From Okamejei kenojei (Eukaryota): a DNA stretch of 64,000 nt. Numbering within the stretch: position 1 is the stretch's first letter; each line of letters opens with the position of its first letter. A program made the translations under genes and the position numbers. The DNA lies in contig CM069134.1 in assembly GCA_035221665.1 (NCBI GenBank), forward strand, positions 100,068,001-100,132,000. The letters are read 5' to 3'. This document shows positions 36,030 to 47,720 of the stretch, one piece after another. The notes under the pieces were generated by a model that made no database searches, was not told the origin of the DNA, and was given only the letters and a program-made list of their open reading frames with translations.

Positions 36030-36534
36030 ATTGCTTTAATACTGCTTTAAACTTTAAGGCACAATTTTTTCCAGATGTTCCCACCACACTGCCCGATGAA
36101 TTGCTAACAATGAACAAGAAGTCCAAGTATTAGTGTTTTCTAAGGGACAGTGTTTCTCCATTCACGATGAGTCAGTCCAAAGGGAATTGAAAATCAACAG
36201 TACTGTAGATGCTGGAAATCTGAAATAAAAACAGAAAAACTGGTCAGACAGCATCTGTGAGAAGACAAATAGAGTTAACATTTCAGATGGTAGACACTTT
36301 GTTAAACCTTTTTCAGTTTTGCTTTCCACAGATATTGTGGTGATCTCAATGTTTTGAAATACTTTTTGAAAAACCAACTACACTGCATCCAATCTATCTG
36401 GTTTGATTTAATTCCAAAAGGAATTCCCTGTTGTGTCCATAACCCTGGGAAATGTTGGAGGTGCTAGAAGGAAGGGGAATTTAAAACTTAATACATTTAA
36501 CCACTCTGGTCCACTTACCACTTATCATCTCAGG

Positions 36535-36640
36535 AACCCCCCACATCAGTCTGAAGATGGGTCTCGACCCGAAACATCACCTATTCCTTTGCTCCATAGA
36601 TGCTGCCTCGCCCGCTGAGTTTCTCCAGCATTTTGTCTAG
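36535..36640 (+). mobile_element. Penelope-like terminal module with hammerhead-like core
   Basis: CCACATCAGT-CTGAAGA-T-GGGT CTCG ACCC-GAAAC-ATC at 36541-36578, followed by the family downstream segment. Confidence 0.8.
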
Positions 36641-37175
36641 TCTGATGATTTATCACTCAGGGGAGGGGAAGCTTTTTACATGTGAAAATAAAATAAACTA
36701 AAATAAAATAAACTCAAACTAACACCAGTCTTGTTAACAACTAACAAACTAACAACTAACACTGAAAATCCGTAGAGTTCTGATAAAATTCAATAAAAAT
36801 CCAGTGTGGTCTTTTGTTCCACTAAAACTGGTTTCACGGGAAGAAAACAGCTCTATCCAGTTGCTGTAGATATTAAATGGCTGGTAATTGAAAAAGTTAA
36901 GAATGTGAACAACACTGGATGATATTTGATGTCAAATCTATAATGTTGGTGTGTAGGCCATTATTTATTGATATCTCATAAATGATAAATAAATGGCACA
37001 CTTAGCTATACTCTCCTTTTTCCTCACTTTTTCTTTGGGTAAATTAGAGCATAAAAATAGATTATTTGGACATTCTGGCAGTGCTATGTTAGGCACTGGC
37101 TGTTTGTGACTTGCCTATTTCATTTCCTGAAGTATAATAGTGACGAGTCTTCAAAGTACCTCACCAACTGTGACG

Positions 37176-37453
37176 GTAGACACAAATGCTGGAGAAACTC
37201 AGCGGGTGAGGCAGCATCTATGGAGAGAAGGAATAGGCAACGTTTTCGGGCCCAGACCATTCTTCAGACTGATGTGGGGTGGGGGGGGGGGGGGGGGGGG
37301 GCGGGAAGAAGAAAGGAAGAGGCAGAGACAGTAGGCCGTGGGAGAGCTGGGAAGGGGAGGGGAAGGAGGGAGAAAGCAAGGAGTACCTGAAATTATAGGA
37401 TGAAAATGTCAATGTTCATACCGCTGGGGTGTAAACTGCCCAAGCGAAATATG
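37176..37453 (-). mobile_element. Penelope-like element 3' end (ORF C-terminus plus terminal module)
   Basis: The reverse frame reads IFRLGSLHPSGMNID, matching the C-terminus at ~5880-5945. It is directly followed by a UTR and the ribozyme-like module. Confidence 0.85.
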
Positions 37454-38271
37454 CTGAAATGGATCGTAAGGATACAAGTGATATTCACGTTATTCTTTAT
37501 AATCATGGTGCAATGTCAGTAAAATCTACATTTGTTCTACAACAAGGAAGAGTTTAGTGAAGGAATATGAACCATTTAGATCAGAGGTTGGAGGGAAATA
37601 AACAAACTAAAATAATCAGTGAATAAGTAGTGTTAATAGTGCAAAACTATTATTTACTGTTCTCTGGCAGACATTTTGCCTTCTAACAATTCCAGTCTGG
37701 ACAGATTTTCAAATAACAATTGATTTAAAACCATTCTATTGCCTTTGAATAATTTTACGATGTTTGTTACATTGGCTGTAGCGATGTGAGAACTGAGACT
37801 TATATCCCTGGAATCTTTCTTCTGTCGGCGTCTCCAAATCCTATTTGCACTCATTCTTTCCCCATTTTGGCATGGTCCATGGGACAGGATCCACAGATAG
37901 TTTTGTAGCTTGAACCTAATGCTTGCCTTTTGGCAGTAGTTAGTATTTATATTCATCCTAAAGGGCAGCTTCACATTAGTAAGAGATTGGCAAGGCATTC
38001 GTATTGTATTAATGAAAGCTTTACACCATAACAGCCACTTCATAAAACCTGTGTTGATGTTTCAAAGGATTATTGACAGAAAATATATTTTGAATCTGTT
38101 CCCTGTGACCTTCACATAAACTAAGCACAGCTTTTACATAGTATTTCCTTTAATTCCTAATTTGGTTTGTTATAGGTATCAAGGGATATGTAGATAAAGT
38201 GGGTAGGTCGTGTTGAGGTATAGATCAGCTATGTCTTAATTGAATGGCAGAGTAGTCTTGAAGTAACTAAC

Positions 38272-38367
38272 AGAGAAACATAGAAAATAGGTGCAGGAGG
38301 AGGCCATTTGGCCCTTTGAGCCTGCACCGCCATTCATTGTGATCATGGCTGATCATCCACAATCAGT
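38272..38367 (-). mobile_element. CR1 3' tail
   Basis: CATAGAAAATAGGTGCAGGAGGAGGCCATTTGGCCC...GATCATGGCTGATCATCC. Confidence 0.85.
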
Positions 38368-39174
38368 TATCCGCCCATCCTGGGACCCGCAGTGTCCCTC
38401 GCCAGCATGTAGACAACGGGGCCCGGCGCTGCCCCCCCCCCCCATCCCACTCTACCACCCTATCTCCCTCCTCTCCATTTCCCTCATCCTCCTCCCCTCA
38501 CTCCCATTCCCTGCCCCAGCACCTACCCAGGTCGTAGAGCAGCGCCGGCCCCTGGAACTCGGCCTGGTTCTCATACTCGTCCCAGCCCTGGCTCTAGGTG
38601 GCCGAAGCACTTGCCGCAGATAGCCAGAGGTGAGTGGGCCGGCAGAAGGCGCTGAAATGGCGGCCAGGTACTGCTGTCGGCTCCCGGCGGCTGCTCACAG
38701 CTACCCGAGCTGCTTCTATCCCCGGCTACAATGCGTGGCTTCGCGCCCGGAGAGTTGCGGCAGCGGTGAGTGAGTGAGTTACTGCCATTATCCCCGACCC
38801 CCTCCTTCTCAATACTCATGCCCTCCCTGCAACTTTACCCCTGGCACAGACTCCCCATACGCTGTGAAAGGAACTCTCCCCCCAATTGGTCTCTTCAGCA
38901 AATGTTGTCATTCAATAAGATGACAACTGATTCTACTTTACCCTGTGCTCCCGTTTTTCCCACCATCTCTCCACCTGCCATCACCCTTCACCACCCACCC
39001 ATTCAGTAATTAAGAATAAAGGAGACTAGGAAGCCTTGGGCAAATTGAATTGTTACTGGTTTTATTTTTATTTTTTATTTTTACGGAGTGAACAATCTGT
39101 GCATGCGTGGTTTAATTTTTTTTAAAAATCCGACTGAGTGCCTACCCTGAGTAATTACTCACGGCACATGCCTG
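38368..39174. mobile_element. Non-autonomous DNA transposon fragment with one hAT-like terminus
   Basis: Ends ...GGCACATGCCTG (reverse CAGGCATGTGCC) exactly where CR1 sequence resumes. Shares an internal ~265-bp module with the hAT at 45059-46932. Confidence 0.55.
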
Positions 39175-40762
39175 TTGAGTACCCTGGGATGCGGACCTCC
39201 AGGCTCTGGGGATTTATCAGCCTTAGATCCCATCTGTCTACCTGATACTATTTCTCGCCTAATGCAAATTTCTTTCAGTTCATCTGTCTCCCTAGATCCT
39301 CTGTCCTCTAGTACATCTGGGAGATTGTTTGTGTCTTCCTTAGTGAAGATAGAACCAAAGTACCTGTTCAATTCTTCTGCCATTTCCTTGTTCCCCATAA
39401 TGATTTCACCTGGTTCTGCCTTCAAGGGACCCACATTTGTCTTTACTAATCTTTTTCTCTTAACATACCTAAAGAAGCTTTTACTATCCTTCTGTATATT
39501 CTTGGCCATCTTACCCTCGTACTTGCCCTTTTTGTTACCTTCTGTTGCCCTTTGACTGTTTCCCAATCCTCTGGCTTCCCGCTACTTTTTGCTTTGTTTT
39601 ACACCTTTTCTTTTAGTTTCATTCCATCCCTAACGTCCCTTGTCAGCCACGGTTGCCTCTTACTCCCCTAAAGGGGCTGTCCCACTGTACGAGCTAATTC
39701 AAGAGCTCTCCCGTGTTTAAAAAAAAAATCAAACTCGTGATAAGCACTTAGAATGTACGTAGCGGGTACGTTGGAGCTCGGGACGTCTCTTAGCGGCTCG
39801 TAACGCTAACGGCAGGTACTCTGGAAAGGCGGTAAGCTCGGGAAGACTCGTGAAGATTTTTCAACATGTTGAAAAATGTCCACGAGAGCCCCGAGTACCT
39901 TCGAGCAGCTATTAGCGTAATTCTCCGAGTTCGAATTAGGGGAAACTCGAGAGAACTCTTGAAATAGCTCGTACAGTGGTACAGCCCCATTAGAATCTTT
40001 CTTCCTCTTTGGAATGAAATGATCCTGCATCTTATGGATTATGCCCAGAAATTCCTGCCATTGCTGTTCCACCGTCATTCCTGCTAGGATCTTTTTCCAG
40101 TCGACCTTGGCCAGCTCTCTCATGCCTTCATAGTCCCCTTTGTTCAACTACAACATTGACACTTCTGATTTAACCTTCTCCCTCTCAAATTGCAGATTAA
40201 AATTTATCATATTATCGTCACTACCTCCTAGCGGTTCCTTTACCTTGAGTTCCCTTATTAAATCTGGTTCATTAGACAACACTAAATCCAGAATTGCCTT
40301 TTCTCTGGTCGGCTCCAGTACAAGCTGCTCTCAAAATCCATCTCGGAGGCACTCTACAAACTCCCTTTCTTGGGGTCCAGAACCAACCTGATTTTCCCAG
40401 TCTACCTGCATATTGAAATCTCCCATAACCACAGTGGCATTGCCTTTGTTAAATGGCAATTTTAATTCCTGCTGCAACATGCACCCTATATGCTGGCTAC
40501 CGTTTGGGGGCCTGTAGATAACTCCCATTAGTGTCTTCTTACCTTTACAATTCCTCAATTCTATCCACAGCGACTCTACATCGCCAGTCCCTATGTCACC
40601 CCTCGCAAGGGACTGAATTTCATCCCTCACCAACAGAGCAACCCCACCTCTGCCCACTTGCCTGTCCTTTCTATAGGATGTATAACCCTGAATATTCAGT
40701 TCCCAGTCCCGATCCACCTTCAGCCATGTCTATATAATCCCCACAATGTCATATCTACCAAG
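39175..40762 (-). mobile_element. CR1 ORF2 endonuclease and linker region, decayed
   Basis: WELNIQGY..RKDR..GRGGVALLV, GVIYRPPN, VMGDFN, NIQKDSKSFFRYV, FGSIFTKED, KSPEPGGPHPRVL. Confidence 0.92.
39672..39989. mobile_element. PIF/Harbinger-type MITE nested in CR1
   Basis: TIR AGGGGCTGTCCCACTGTACGAGCTA / TAGCTCGTACAGTGGTACAGCCCCA. Flanks TAA (39669-39671) and TTA (39990-39992). Confidence 0.88.
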
Positions 40763-40812
40763 CAAATAGGCAACGTTTCGGGTCGAAACCTTTCTTCAGA
40801 CTTCTGAAGAAA
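40763..40812 (-). mobile_element. Short Penelope-like hammerhead-core fragment
   Basis: AAATAGGCAACGTTTCGGGTCGAAACCTTTCTTCAGAC is followed by an inverted CTGAAGAAAG. Confidence 0.65.
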
Positions 40813-41550
40813 GTTGCAGAATGTCTGCCTGGACATGCAGTGGCCAGAAAACAAATCACATGGAAAATTATGGATTAACTTTAAGTGTATTGTCCAATTG
40901 CATGTCCTAGTAATCAACTCAAAAGTGGCGTTTGTGCTTGTTGCAAGCAGCAATCGTGTACATTTAACAGGCAGAGCCAAGTTACTATGTTTAAAATGGA
41001 GAAAGTGAACACATTTCCATTTTGTGGGAAAACTAATTTTGCAGTGTTTTCGGCAAAAGAATTTGAGAAGTGAAAAGAAGCTAGTCAAGGAAGCACACAA
41101 AACATCATTGATCTAAGAACATTAACACTACACCCCTGCTGAGCCTCACTTTGTTCTCTATGTACGTGCCATCTATCTATTTATATTACTAAATATCTGA
41201 TCTTGACCACTTCCTGTTGTTCTGTATATTGATTTTAGAAAAATCGCTGCCACGTACGGCTGTGATCTTTGGCCATCTTACTCAGAGTCCCCTTCCGCTG
41301 CGCAGGACAAGAGGATTTTTCCCATCGATGAAAAATAAAACAGTTATTAGTGTTTTAAAATATTTGAGATTCTCCCTCCTTCCAGAGGGACTATAAAACC
41401 CGGAACTGTTGAGTGCCTCAGTCAGTCTCTGCAAGATGGGGGAGCGAGAGTGTCATGTCTCTCAGTCTGAATAACACTGAACACATGTCTTCTAAACTGT
41501 GAGTGGTTTTACTGAACTGTCAGTGCCCTTAATGTGGTTTGAAAATATAG

Positions 41551-41731
41551 TTTGGAAATGCTAAAGCTGTGTTGCCTTTGGTTTGGAAGTGCTAAAGCTG
41601 TGTTGCCTTTGGTTTGGAAATGCTAAAGCTGTTTTGCCTTTGGTTTGGAAATGCTAAAGCTGTGTTGCCTTTGCTTTGGAAATGCTAAAGCTGTGTTGCC
41701 TTTGCTTTGGAAATGCTAAAGCTGTGTTGCC
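41551..41731 (+). repeat. 31-bp minisatellite, ~6 copies
   Basis: Unit TTTGGAAATGCTAAAGCTGTGTTGCCTTTGG. Confidence 0.95.
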
Positions 41732-41826
41732 TAATTAAAGTTACCTTGCCTAATTAAAGTTGCCTTGCCCAATTAAAGTTGCCTTGCCTAATTAAAGTTG
41801 CCTTGCCTAATTAAAGTTGTCTTGCC
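41732..41826 (+). repeat. 19-bp minisatellite, 5 copies
   Basis: Unit TAATTAAAGTTGCCTTGCC. Confidence 0.95.
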
Positions 41827-42167
41827 TTATATATAATTAAAAGTCTAATCTTGTCCACTTCCTGTTTGCGTTTATATTGATTTTAGAAAAAACGCTACAA
41901 CGTATGGCTGTGATTGTTGGCCATCTTACTCAGAGTCCCCTTCTGCTCATTAGGTGCCGAGGATTTTTGCCATCGATTAAAAATAAAAGAGTTATTAGTG
42001 TTTAGAAATCTTGAGATTCTCTCTCCTGTCAATCACACCATGAAGGTAAGGCCCCTCTGGTGGGAGGGGGGGAGGGACTATAAAACCCAGAAGTGTGGGC
42101 GTGGCTCAGTCTCTGCAAGATGGAGGAGGGAGAGGTCACGACTCGCTGTCTTTAGTGGCCTTGCACA

Positions 42168-42332
42168 CAGAGGGAGTTAAATGTGGCCTTTGTGGCTAAA
42201 GGGATCAGGGGGTATGGAGAGAAGGCAGGTACAGGATACTGAGTTGGATGATCAGCCATGATCATAATGAATGGCGGTTAGGCTCAAAGGGCCGAATGGC
42301 CTACTCCTGCACCTATTTTCTATGTTTCTATG
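42168..42332 (+). mobile_element. CR1 3' end inside the Helitron
   Basis: GGGTATGGAGAGAAGGCAGGTACAGG...GGCCTACTCCTGCACCTATT followed by a (TTTCTATG)2 tail. Confidence 0.9.
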
Positions 42333-42432
42333 CTTGAAATGGTATGAAACAACACTTGAATTTGATGGCCTTGCACCATGTTTGAAATGGAATTTCAAGG
42401 AATAGCTGTGTCAAATGCCAGCCCACCAGCCG

Positions 42433-42511
42433 TGAGTGAGTGAGCTGCCAGCACAACAGGCTTGAGTGACTGAGCTGCCAGCACAACAGGCTTGAGTGAC
42501 TGAGCTGCCAG
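42433..42511 (+). repeat. 30-bp tandem repeat, ~2.6 copies
   Basis: Unit TGAGTGACTGAGCTGCCAGCACAACAGGCT. Confidence 0.9.
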
Positions 42512-44754
42512 TCCAAGAATCCATTTGGTCCACAATGTCCATACTAGCCCTCTCTCCTGTCAATGACTCTTCAGCCCACAACACCCATACTAGCGCTCCT
42601 GAAAGCGCCCCCTCCCCCCCCCCCCCCCCCCCCCACTGGCCACCAATATTAGAATTGGTGGAGAGGTGGAATATTGTGTTGGGGGACCAGCCCTCCCGTG
42701 TGATGCTGGGACCCAACGGGTCCCACTTGGTCTATTATATTACTAAAACTCTCATCTTAACCACTTCCTGTCTGCGTTGTAATTAAATTTGCGTAAGATT
42801 TTTTGCCATCTTACCCATCATTCTCTGCTGCAAGTCAAATAAGTTTTGTTCGGATCGGTGAAATAGTACAAAAGTTATGAAGGTTTTGAAGGTTCCTCCT
42901 CCCCCACAGTGCCCCCCATTCCCCCTCTCCTCCCCCACAGCACCCCCCCCATCCCTCCCCCACCCCACCTACATCCCCCTCCCCCCCTACATCCACCTCC
43001 CCCCCACACCACCCTCCCACACACACCCTCCCCCACCCCCCCCTTCCCCACAGCCCCCCTGCCCCACACCCCCTCCCCAGAGTGATGGAACATTGCTTTG
43101 GTGGAACGGGTTGCGTTGGGGGAACAGGTGAGTGGTGGAATATTGCGTTGGGGAATGGGTTGCGTTGGGGGGGGGGGGGGACCAGGCTTCCCGTGTGACT
43201 GGGAACCAACGGATCCCACTTAGTATAGTTTTAACTAAAACTACTTTGAATTCTTCCACATTTTTTGCAACAATTCCCCTTTACAACAAATAAGAAGCGC
43301 AGGTTGTGTGGAACATAGGAAAAACTGTAGAGCAGTTCTCCAATACAGTTTATTTAATCTTTCAACTCATGAACCTGAAGTGCCACTCTCTTAGGTCAAT
43401 TTTCACTTATTCCTCACTTTCCATTGAATACCTCATTGATACTTAGATAACTACATAAATATGCAGAGGAGGCCTTACTAATGGTGTTAAGGCAACTGTA
43501 CATGCTTAACATTTAGCTGCTGCCTATATTTCAACTCCCATAAACAGATACCAAGCCAAAAAGAAATGAGCCTGAGAATTATGACTGATATAGAATAAGA
43601 ATTCACATTCCACTCAATATTTATCTATGCTGAATATCTTCTTCTAAGTGCTTTTGCTTCTATGCCAATTTTTTTTGTATCTCACTTCTGGGCCAAATTT
43701 GCACATCAAATTTCAGTCTTTTGGTCTGGCTTATTATTCCAAGTTATAGGAACAGTATTTGGTCTTCACCGAGGCCCTCGTTCCTTTACAAAGCAGTAGC
43801 TTAACCTCAGATTTTTGGTTTGTGACATCTTTGACTGATCCAGATAGTTTAATCATATAGGTAGATAAATATTTCAAAAATTCTTCTTCTCAAAATGCTT
43901 ATTGTATTATGTCTCTCAGTGCTGAGTAATGTTAACGTGGACAGCTACGGTAAACTGAAGATGAGGAATTTGTTTCTCTTTGCTGTCTCATCCAGAGGAA
44001 TTTTACATATTAGAGCTGCAACTGCCCAGTGACATACAAAAAATTGGAGTCTCTTAAAGTATTAAAGATGCATTTGAGGAAGAGAAAGGAAAAAAGTTAA
44101 AGTAATTTAGAGAGAAATGTTTGCTGCAAGCAGATTACCAACCACTTATTGGGTTAGACTCGTTACAAGGTGCTGCTCCTCTCGGAGATATTAGCAATAA
44201 TATGGAGGTAGAGAGATCTACAGGATGCAGGTGGTGGGATCCTCATGCAAGAGATAGTGGTGCTGAATAGTGGCATTGAGACCTTAGAGATGAAGGTAGT
44301 AGCAGTTCATCACCATCGTCTCACTGGTTGAACCGTATTTGCCTTGTTTCATTATAACAATGAATCTCAGATCATCATCATCATCATCATCATCGTTGAA
44401 AACATTAGCGACGCAGTGGTGCTGGTTTCCGACGGGAACGGTGACTTCCGCCGCTGGAACTATAACTGGAAAATAACTATAACTGGAAAATTTTGGTGTG
44501 TGCGCTTTATCGTCGTTCCTAATGGCCCTGTCTCACGGTGCGAGTTGACCCACGAGTGACCCCAAGTGACAGACTCGTGGTTGTGCACGAGATCCTAAGT
44601 TGATGTTCAAGTGTTTGAACCGAGTTCCCACGGGTATGGTATTTTGCCGTTTACTGCGATGTTCCAAGTTCGTCTCCAGAGTTAACCAAGTTAATCTCCC
44701 GAGCTGACAATGTCTCCTGACGTACTCTTGAGCTGACAACTTCTCCTGAAAAGT

Positions 44755-44925
44755 GACACAGTGTTTCTAACGGGCCCTTCAGCCCACCAAGTCCGCGCCG
44801 ACCAGCGACACTAGCACCATCCTACACACGAGGGTCAATTTACATTTTTAGTTACATTTACATTTACGAAAATTTTCATTTTTACTTACATTTTTAGACA
44901 AGTTACAACCAAAGCCAATTAGCCT
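44755..44925 (-). mobile_element. SINE 3' fragment
   Basis: ACGGGCCCTTCAGCCCACCAAGTCCGCGCCGACCAGCG...CCTACACAC matches the SINE tail at 2341-2460. Confidence 0.75.
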
Positions 44926-45319
44926 TCTTCAGAAAAAACCCAGAGATTTGAAGAATTGTACAAAACGTCTCCTGCCCATATTCTAGCCGGGCCCATTGAG
45001 TTCCTCCAACATTTTGGGTTTTGAGTGAAATTGGTAGGATTGCTCTGATAGCCACCATCAGGGCCGGTCCTAGGCCGATTGGACCGATTTTTCCAAAGTG
45101 GGCTCCGCGCCCAAGGGGGGCCCCGCGTTAATTTTCCGTATTTCATATGGAAATACCAATTCGCTTTGTCAAATAAAGATTTTTTTTTAAACATTCCCCA
45201 TACGGATTTTTTTACATGGAATACAAGCGCTGTACGGTCATCAGACACAAACGATGTGTTAACCACTGTGGTGTTAACAGCCAGTTGTGTTAACAGCTAG
45301 TAGTTAACAAGTACTTATC

Positions 45320-45496
45320 CAATGCGTCAACAATGCATCGATCCACATTCCTCAGTAAATGTGTAATTGTGTTTTAGACGAAGTATTAATGACGCTGCGT
45401 TCCTTTGAATACAATTCACGCGGCATCATTAACACTTCTTCAAAACATAATTACATTTTACTCTGGAATGTAGATTGGTGCATTGAAGACACATTG
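45320..45496. repeat. Imperfect fold-back (~80-bp arms), MITE-like
   Basis: CAATGCGTCAACAATGCATCGATCCACATTCC... pairs with ...GGAATGTAGATTGGTGCATTGAAGACACATTG. Confidence 0.75.
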
Positions 45497-45705
45497 AGAA
45501 TTTCTTAAAAGTCATCATCATGAGTACGAACTTCTTTTTGGTGAAGTTCTTGGTGTGCAGGTTAGTCATTCAATTTATCTACCGACCCACGTTGTGTCTC
45601 TCTGTCTTTCGCTCTCTCCCTCCCTCTCTCGCGCGCGCTCTCTCTCGCCCGTTCCCCACCTCTCGCTCTAGTTCTCTCGGCATTCCCGGAATCATTGACG
45701 TTTTG

Positions 45706-45834
45706 CGGTACACAAAAATGCTGGAGAAACTTAGCGGGTGAGGCAGCATCTATGGAGCGAAGGAAATATGCAACGTTTCGGGTCGAAACCCTTCTTCAGA
45801 CCCGGCTATTTCCTTCGCTCCATAGATGCTGCCT
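45706..45834 (-). mobile_element. Penelope-like palindromic module with hammerhead-like core
   Basis: The reverse core CTGAAGA-A-GGGT TTCG ACCC-GAAAC-GTT lies at ~45772-45799, followed by a partial inverted arm CTATTTCCTTCGCTCCATAGATGCTGCC. Confidence 0.8.
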
Positions 45835-47720
45835 AAAGCCCTGCCCCGCTGTGCGACTTCACCCAAGAGCTTAAAATCTCTGTGTAGCATCTCTGTTCCT
45901 ATCTTCAAACTCCCATTTTGAAATAAAATACAGTTTTCGAGCAGGATCGCAATTCGTCGATTTCCACGCATTTTCAATCTTCGTTCGATTCGGTGTAATT
46001 TTCACACCTGGTTGATGTCGTTTTTTTTAAAGATACAGTACATTACAATTGAGAAATTTTTGTCGAAAGTTTTATTTTATTTCAAAGTGGGAATTGGAAG
46101 ATAGGGACAGAGATGCTACAGTGATGGCTGCATCTGCGCTTCCTTTCTGTTGGGGGGAAGAGTCCTGGCCCGTGGCGGCTCCTGATAAGTGATATGTTCC
46201 CCCCTCGGGTGCTGCCTTGCCCGCTGAGTTCCTACAACACTCTGTGTTTTTTGTTTGGCTCTGAAGTTGAAGGTGGACCCCCCTGTGTCTACGTTCAACT
46301 CCCTGTCTGTGGTGGCTCAGCGGGACGGGCAGGGGCTCTGGGGAGAGGGTCATCCAGCTCAAGAACGGGTCAGCGGGCGATGGATAACAGGACAGCGGGT
46401 GGTGGAGCTTACTCCATATGTCAGTGCAAGTAACCTCAATTGATCCCTTGATCGCGCTGACACAGGAGTAAACTCCACCGCCCGCTGTGATGTTATCCAT
46501 CACCCGCTGACCCGCTCCGCTCTATGATCTTTGCTCTTGAGCTGGTCCCTTCACTGTTCACACGGAGAGCACTGCCAGAGGTGGGCGGGCCGGCAGAAGC
46601 CGCTGAGATGGCAGTCGGTTCCGCTGTCCGGTGATGGAGGCCGCTCGTAGCCACGCGAGCTGCTTCCCTCCCCGGCCACAACGCAGTAGCTCCATGCCCG
46701 GAGCGCCGCGGCAGCAGTGAGTGAGTTACAGGCATGAACCCGACCCTCTCCTTCTCAACGCTCCTTCCCTCCTCGCAACGTTACCCCTGGCTAGATTCCC
46801 CACATGCTGTGAAAGGAACTCTCCCCCCAATTGTCATGTTACTCACGACACGTGACTCATTTATAATTATTTATTTATATATATCCGAACATTTTTCCCA
46901 ATCGGGCCCCGCACCTCTTAAGGCCGGCCCAGGCCACCATAAACCCGATGCGCCGAACAGGTCCCGTGTCATAAGGAAATATGAAGCATTCTGCGGTTCA
47001 GCCGTTTTTTACTCTGTCCAGCTGCCGATTTAAGAGTGCCCACGTTAACACGTTAGACTCAAGAGACACTAAGGTCAACCTACGTTATTACAACGAGTTA
47101 AAATGTTTCTATTTTTATCTTGAACAGTGAATTTGACACGTTGAAAAAATCAAACATGTCATTTGCGCCACGAGTGGACAAGTTGATCGCGCGAGTTCCG
47201 ACGTTGCCGCTACGTTCCTGGTACGTGATCACCATGGGTGAAAACTCAGGGTCACTCGTGGGCCAACTCGCACCGTGAGACAGGGGTTTTACAATGCTAT
47301 GTACGACAGTGATCGCAACTTCTACTGAACTGTAGATGGCCGTTGGCTCGCTAGAAGTTCATCTGCCCTTTGACAGGTCTTGATTTTGGTCTTGCTGGGG
47401 GTCCACAGCCCCCTCCTCACCTGGCAAACCAGGTGGGGAGACAGTTCAGTCCCCAACTATCCGACCATGGAGCAGGTAGCACGGGATTACATGGTACCTG
47501 TGGCGGAACGAACAATCCCCGACCTGACCTGAGACAATGAATCTGGTTCCTATTATTTTGATTCCTGTAATTACTTTCGTTAACCCCCAAAGATTTATTG
47601 TTGGCCTCCTCCTAGTTCTCTAATATGGTCAGCATTTATTAACCATTTTCAACTGATCTCGAGAGGATTCTGGTGTGCATAACCTTGAACCATTATGAAC
47701 AGGGCAGCACCATCTTGAAC

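Larger units (their letters stand above)
41172..43228 (+). mobile_element. Composite non-autonomous Helitron (three 5' bodies, two 3' ends)
   Basis: 5' motifs at 41172, ~41828 and 42736. 3' hairpin ends at ~42708-42735 (CTAT) and 43201-43228 (ATAG|T). Contains minisatellites and a CR1 tail. Confidence 0.82.
45059..46932. mobile_element. Non-autonomous hAT element with perfect 8-bp TSD
   Basis: Termini CAGGGCCGGTCCTA / TAAGGCCGGCCCAG. TSD GCCACCAT at 45051-45058 and 46933-46940. Confidence 0.9.
44523..47288. mobile_element. PIF/Harbinger-type element carrying nested insertions
   Basis: 37-bp TIR core CCCTGTCTCACGGTGCGAGTTGACCCACGAGTGACCC with 1 mismatch at the right end. Flanks TAA (44520-44522) and TTA (47289-47291). 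Confidence 0.85.

Noticed and set aside
37654-38043. 129-aa ORF (-), and 176-aa ORF at 56383-56913 (+)
   Set aside because: No recognisable domain or splice structure; lengths are compatible with chance in 64 kb.
41551-41826. Possible CRISPR array (31-bp repeats)
   Set aside because: The repeats are directly tandem with no unique spacers, the context is eukaryotic, and there are no cas genes.
42168-42332. Helitron gene capture of CR1 sequence
   Set aside because: The fragment ends exactly at the CR1 tail and interrupts a Helitron internal repeat (GGCCTTGCAC...ATGCTTGAAATGG), so a normal retro-insertion is simpler.
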